Assembly: GCA_963666315.2 (NCBI GenBank)
Contig: CAXXHG010000018.1
Location: 64,001-128,000, forward strand
Reading direction: 5' to 3'
Length of the DNA stretch: 64,000 nt
Source of the DNA: Candidatus Binatia bacterium
GTDB taxonomy: Bacteria > Desulfobacterota > Binatia > Bin18
The notes below the pieces were generated by a model that was not told the origin of the DNA, did no database searches, and worked only from the letters and a program-made list of their open reading frames with translations. Below are positions 60,034 to 64,000 of this stretch, piece by piece. How positions within the stretch are numbered: the stretch's first letter is position 1; each line of letters starts with the position of its first letter. The position numbers and the translations under genes were made by a program.

Positions 60034-60777
60034 GTGCGCCAAAAATTATTAACAGTCCTGTTTGGGGTTCTTTGTATCGGCCTGCTGACATTCCCTTCGC
60101 AAGCGGCAGACTGGGCAGCAGTCTTAGCCGACCCGGATCGTCCCGAGGCAGACCGGGCACGAGATGGCAATCGGAAGCCCGATCAGGTCTTGCAGTTCTT
60201 GGGTATCGGCCCAGGCAAGAAAGTCGCCGACCTGCTTGCCGGTGGAGGGTATTACACCCGTATCCTGGTCAAAGCCGTAGGGGAAGAAGGCGCGGTCTAC
60301 GCAGGCAATAACCCCTTCTATATGCGTTTCGTAGCAAAGCCCTGGAGCGAGTTATTTGCCACACCAGCCTTTCAGCACGTGCACCGTATCGACGGACGTG
60401 CTGAGCAGATGGCTCTGCCCCAAGACGGATCACTCGATGCCGTCATCATGGTCCTGGCTTATCATGATCTTTTTCTGACGGATGAAGATCGAACAAAAAT
60501 GAACGCGCGTATCTTTGCTACGCTCAAGCCGGGTGGCGTATACGGAATTATCGATCACCACGCTCAAGAGGGTAGTGGTACGACAGCGGTGAAGTCGCTC
60601 CACCGCATTGAGGAGTCGGTGATAACGAAAGAGGTTACGGCGGCAGGTTTTGTCTTAGCCAAAAAGGGTGATTTTCTGCAAAATCCCAAGGATGACCATA
60701 CCAAGATCGTCTTTGATCCAGGCATCCGAGGCAAAACAGATCGATTCGTACTGCGCTTTGAAAAGCCAGCGGAATGA
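60034..60777 (+). CDS. Exported SAM-dependent methyltransferase (COG4798-like)
   Basis: Signal peptide; DRARDGNRKP, VADLLAGGGYYT, YHD, LKPGG..GIIDH, LHRI, NP.DD, IRGKTDRFVLRF. Confidence 0.88.
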   Translation: MRQKLLTVLFGVLCIGLLTFPSQAADWAAVLADPDRPEADRARDGNRKPDQVLQFLGIGPGKKVADLLAGGGYYTRILVKAVGEEGAVYAGNNPFYMRFVAKPWSELFATPAFQHVHRIDGRAEQMALPQDGSLDAVIMVLAYHDLFLTDEDRTKMNARIFATLKPGGVYGIIDHHAQEGSGTTAVKSLHRIEESVITKEVTAAGFVLAKKGDFLQNPKDDHTKIVFDPGIRGKTDRFVLRFEKPAE

Positions 60778-60812
60778 ACGGGAATACGGTTTCCATTTGA
60801 TCACTGTCCATT

Positions 60813-60871
60813 CCCGTTCATGCTTCGACAGAGCCAGTCCTGAGCTTGCCGAAGGGCTCAGCACAAACGGG
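60813..60871. repeat. Nested REP-like element
   Basis: CCCGTTCATGCTTCGACA-[GAGCCAGTCCTGAGCTTGCCGAAG]-GGCTCAGCACAAACGGG. Confidence 0.7.
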
Positions 60872-60917
60872 GACCCCTCGCACTTTACTGCGATACAGAC
60901 ACATCCCGCGTAGCAAC

Positions 60918-60948
60918 AAAAAAGGGCAGCCTGAATAGACTGCCCTTT
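60918..60948 (-). terminator. Rho-independent terminator
   Basis: AAAAAAGGGCAG-loop-CTGCCCTTT; U-tract on the minus strand after the LLM gene. Confidence 0.75.
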
Positions 60949-60973
60949 CCTCCATCACAAGTCTGGTGAAGAA

Positions 60974-62311
60974 TTACTTCAGCATGCCCAAATCTTTGAG
61001 AGGCGTACGGTCCACCACAGGCAGTCGTCTTGTCCCTGGCTGGAGCTTGTTCGAGCCTGGACGGCGTTCAAACGGATCGACCAGCCCAAGTTCCTTGGCG
61101 TAGTCCTTCACCGCGGGACTCACCTCTTGTCCGAGCAACCGGATGCTGGTCATCCGATCTTCGTTGCCGACCTGGCCTTGAACGCTGAAGACTGTAAAAA
61201 TACCCGGACGCAGGACACGCATGAGAATTTTAATCTTCTCGATCACGGTTTTGGGTGATCCTACAAGCAGCAGCAGATCTTTCTGCGCTCTATCATACGA
61301 CTTAAGCAGTTTCCGGCGCACCTCGTCAAAATTGTCTCCGCCCGTTTCATCTTTGCCGGTCTGGGCCTGTTTGAGCCGCTCCTTACTCACACCCACCCAT
61401 CCCCCGCTCGGACGCTGGGCCAGCAGACGAATGGCGTTCTTTGAATTATAGCCCGGCGGCAACGTATGCTCAGGCCGGGAAAAAGCATTTGCGCCACCGC
61501 CAAAGACAAAACCTTTTCCTAACTCCTGGGCTTTCTCATCGGTCTCGGCCACAAACACGCCCAGCAAATAGCCGAAGTTTTCCGAACCAGCCTGATAGCC
61601 GTTGTCGGCGGCTATATCCGCATAAATATCCCACAGATCACAGGTCGGGCCGAGCGACGTCACCAGCCCCAGATACGGATAGCTATGCTCAGCGCTCCAG
61701 CGCACAGTTTCCGGGCTGAGCACCCCGGGAATCCACATTTGCGGATGCGGCTTTTGATACGGCAAGACCCACGGATTGACATGCCGGTAGTGAAAATGTT
61801 TGCCTTCGTAGCGCCACGGGCCCGGCTTCGTCCAGGCTTGAATAATGAAATCGTGCGCCTCGTTGAACATCTCTCGATTATAGGCCGGGTTGGCATTATT
61901 AAAGAACTGCTCACTGCCGGCGCCACGCACCCAGCCGGCCACCAGACGACCGCGTGAGATCAGATCGATCTCGGCCAGCTCCTCTGCCATACGCAACGGA
62001 TGTTTGATCACCGGCAACGGGTTTCCAATTAAGACGATCTTGGCTTTACTGGTAATGTGGGCCAAGATCGAAGCCTCAACATTCATCACGCTGCCCATAC
62101 AGAAGGGGTTGCCATGGTGCTCGTTGAGCATAAGGGCGTCAAAGCCCATTTCCTCGGCATAACAATATTCGTCGAGGTAGTAGTTATAGTCGTCGGCCGC
62201 TTTTTCACGGTCAAAGTGCGAATTCGGAACGGCAAAGAAAGCCCTATTCTCCAGCACCGTGTCTTCGTCCAGATGGCGGTAGGGCCGTTCGGTAAAATAT
62301 CCAAAGATCAT
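60974..62311 (-). CDS. LLM-class flavin-dependent oxidoreductase
   Basis: AAAGGAG RBS, ATG 62311; AEEMGFDALMLNEHH, PLRMAEELA.IDLISRGRL, PYQKPHP. Confidence 0.93.
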   Translation of the reverse strand: MIFGYFTERPYRHLDEDTVLENRAFFAVPNSHFDREKAADDYNYYLDEYCYAEEMGFDALMLNEHHGNPFCMGSVMNVEASILAHITSKAKIVLIGNPLPVIKHPLRMAEELAEIDLISRGRLVAGWVRGAGSEQFFNNANPAYNREMFNEAHDFIIQAWTKPGPWRYEGKHFHYRHVNPWVLPYQKPHPQMWIPGVLSPETVRWSAEHSYPYLGLVTSLGPTCDLWDIYADIAADNGYQAGSENFGYLLGVFVAETDEKAQELGKGFVFGGGANAFSRPEHTLPPGYNSKNAIRLLAQRPSGGWVGVSKERLKQAQTGKDETGGDNFDEVRRKLLKSYDRAQKDLLLLVGSPKTVIEKIKILMRVLRPGIFTVFSVQGQVGNEDRMTSIRLLGQEVSPAVKDYAKELGLVDPFERRPGSNKLQPGTRRLPVVDRTPLKDLGMLK

Positions 62312-62453
62312 GCACAACTCCTTTTTGTGTAACTCCTATGTGAATGACGCTCTGTCATAGCAGAATCCCAAACAGGGTTGAACCGTCTTGCATACAACAA
62401 AGAACAGATTCCTACTTAGAATCACTAACAAAACTTCGTCTTATCCCTCTGGC

Positions 62454-62518
62454 CTGGATGCCTGCTTTCGCAGGCATGACACAAACAGGCCGTCATTCCC
62501 GCGTACGCGGGAATCCAG
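62454..62518. repeat. REP-like inverted doublet
   Basis: CTGGATGCCTGCTTTCGCAGGCATGAC...GTCATTCCCGCGTACGCGGGAATCCAG. Confidence 0.8.
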
Positions 62519-62586
62519 AGAAGCAGGGCTACACTTCGGGGACTGGCTTCAGCCCGTTTTGTTAGGCGCTCTTTAAAAGACCCCAT

Positions 62587-63771
62587 TTAAAACGATCGCG
62601 GCAAGCCTATCTGCTCCCCAATAAAATTCAGGACCATCTCGTCCGTAATGGGAGCGATCCGATACAAACGCGAGTCTCGCCAGTAGCGCTGCATGTCAAA
62701 CTCCATGCTGTAGCAATACCCGCCCAGCACTTGCATGCCGCGGTCGGCCGCCTGACAGGCTGTGTTGGCCGCGACGAGTTTGGCCATATTCGCCTCCATC
62801 CCGCACTCTCGTCCGAGCGACTGCAGCCAGGCGGCTTTATACGTAATCAGTGTGGCTAATTCAATATCCGTGCGCGTGCGCGCCAGCTCATGTTGCAGGG
62901 CCTGGAACTGGCCTATGGGGCGACCGAAGGCCTGGCGCTGTTTGGCATACTCTAGGGCATCGTGAAAGGCCGCCTGGGCCAACCCGAGACAAATGGCGGC
63001 GACAAGAATGCGTTCATTATTGAGCATAGGCAGCAAATCGTAAAAGCCATAGTCTTGACGGCCAAGAATGCTGCTGCGTGGCACGCGTACATCGGTATAA
63101 AACACTTCGAACGAACTGGTTGCCCGGATGCCCAGTTTATTGATTTTACGAATCTCAATGCCCTCAGTCTTGGGATCAACCAGAAAGATGGTGATCCCGT
63201 GCGTTTTTTTTGTGGCCTGCGGATCGGTGCGGGCATAGACCACCATATAGTCTGCCAGGTGGGCACACGTCGTCCAGACTTTTGAGCCGTTGATAATAAA
63301 GTCGTCCCCTTCGGCGCGAGCGGTTGTTTTCATCACATTGAGTATATCCGTCCCACCGTCGGGTTCTGTGACAGAAATAGCAAACATGGCCTCACCGCGC
63401 GCCAGACGCGGCAGCAGTTCCTGTTTTTGCTGCGTGTTCCCGGCAAAGGCTAAGGCTTTTGCACCAAAGCAGCTGGACATCATAAACGTCAGCGCAATCG
63501 AAGCACTCTTCTTTGCCATTTCCTCGACCACAATCACCATGTCGAGAATGTCCCCACCCGTTCCCCCATACTCGGGATCAATAGGAATCCCCAGGTAGCC
63601 GGCCTCGGCCAGCTTGTCCCACACGTGGCGTGGGAATTCTTCCTTCTCATCCATTTCCCGCACATACTCGGCCGGACACTCCTTTTCCACGAGTTTCTGA
63701 ATGCCCTGGCGCAGCAAGTCTTTCTGCTCGCCCAGGTCGAAATTGAGATCAGTCTGCATATCCGTTTGCAT
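62587..63771 (-). CDS. Acyl-CoA dehydrogenase
   Basis: ISVTEPDGGTD, INGSKVWT, LNNERI, RQAFGRPIGQFQALQH, QVLGGY, RYWRDSRL.RIAP. Confidence 0.94.
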   Translation of the reverse strand: MQTDMQTDLNFDLGEQKDLLRQGIQKLVEKECPAEYVREMDEKEEFPRHVWDKLAEAGYLGIPIDPEYGGTGGDILDMVIVVEEMAKKSASIALTFMMSSCFGAKALAFAGNTQQKQELLPRLARGEAMFAISVTEPDGGTDILNVMKTTARAEGDDFIINGSKVWTTCAHLADYMVVYARTDPQATKKTHGITIFLVDPKTEGIEIRKINKLGIRATSSFEVFYTDVRVPRSSILGRQDYGFYDLLPMLNNERILVAAICLGLAQAAFHDALEYAKQRQAFGRPIGQFQALQHELARTRTDIELATLITYKAAWLQSLGRECGMEANMAKLVAANTACQAADRGMQVLGGYCYSMEFDMQRYWRDSRLYRIAPITDEMVLNFIGEQIGLPRSF

Positions 63772-63833
63772 TGAGTGGGTACTCCTATCTGAATCACTTC
63801 TCGGCGATACTCAGCGATAAATAATCCGAACGC

Positions 63834-64000
63834 CTACAACCCAATTTTTTGCGCAAAGTCTTCGAGTACGTCTAATACGTGCTCGCGATCTTTACTCCAG
63901 TACGGCACTGGAGCCATGAAAAAGTCATAGCCTAAATCCTGGTATTTCTTTATCTGATCGAAAAACGAGTCCATAGTCGGGGCATAGCCCGGACCGATCA
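63834..64000 (-). CDS. 3' end of a probable LLM-class oxidoreductase (partial)
   Basis: ...IKKYQDLGYDFFMAPVPYW...VLEDFAQKIGL* parallels the C-terminus of 58069..58965 (YQQAGLDH...FMW...MERFAKEVGL). Confidence 0.6.
   Translation of the reverse strand, partial: IGPGYAPTMDSFFDQIKKYQDLGYDFFMAPVPYWSKDREHVLDVLEDFAQKIGL

Overview
Bacterial chromosomal window of mid-to-high-50s % GC (estimated by eye). It has no rRNA, tRNA or CRISPR array that I can see. The gene content suggests a deltaproteobacteria-like lineage such as Candidatus Binatota (inference only): many LLM/F420 oxidoreductases, amidohydrolases, FadE-type acyl-CoA dehydrogenases and xerC-hslVU. Core blocks are the start of the dcw cluster (mraZ-rsmH-ftsL-ftsI-murE), class-V aminotransferase-serA-purA, xerC-hslVU, minCDE, an exeAB-like pair, purM, rarA/nadK, dacA and hpt. 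The right third is an accessory catabolic region with a LigAB-type dioxygenase, a Rieske oxygenase, LLM oxidoreductases, amidohydrolases and a kinase/variant-enolase/2-hydroxyacid dehydrogenase operon. Most notable observations: (1) two NrdR-box-like sites 32 bp apart overlapping the putative minCDE promoter, suggesting dNTP-sensing control of septum placement; (2) an LLM/APH-type kinase/active-site-variant enolase/dehydrogenase operon bracketed by two ~90-bp direct repeats, each a promoter-like block plus a REP; (3) tandem dodecin genes, one with two in-frame TAG codons and one with an ATA start; (4) many gene remnants not resolved in the ORF track, plus a MITE, a degenerate intI/attC remnant and several REP-like families.
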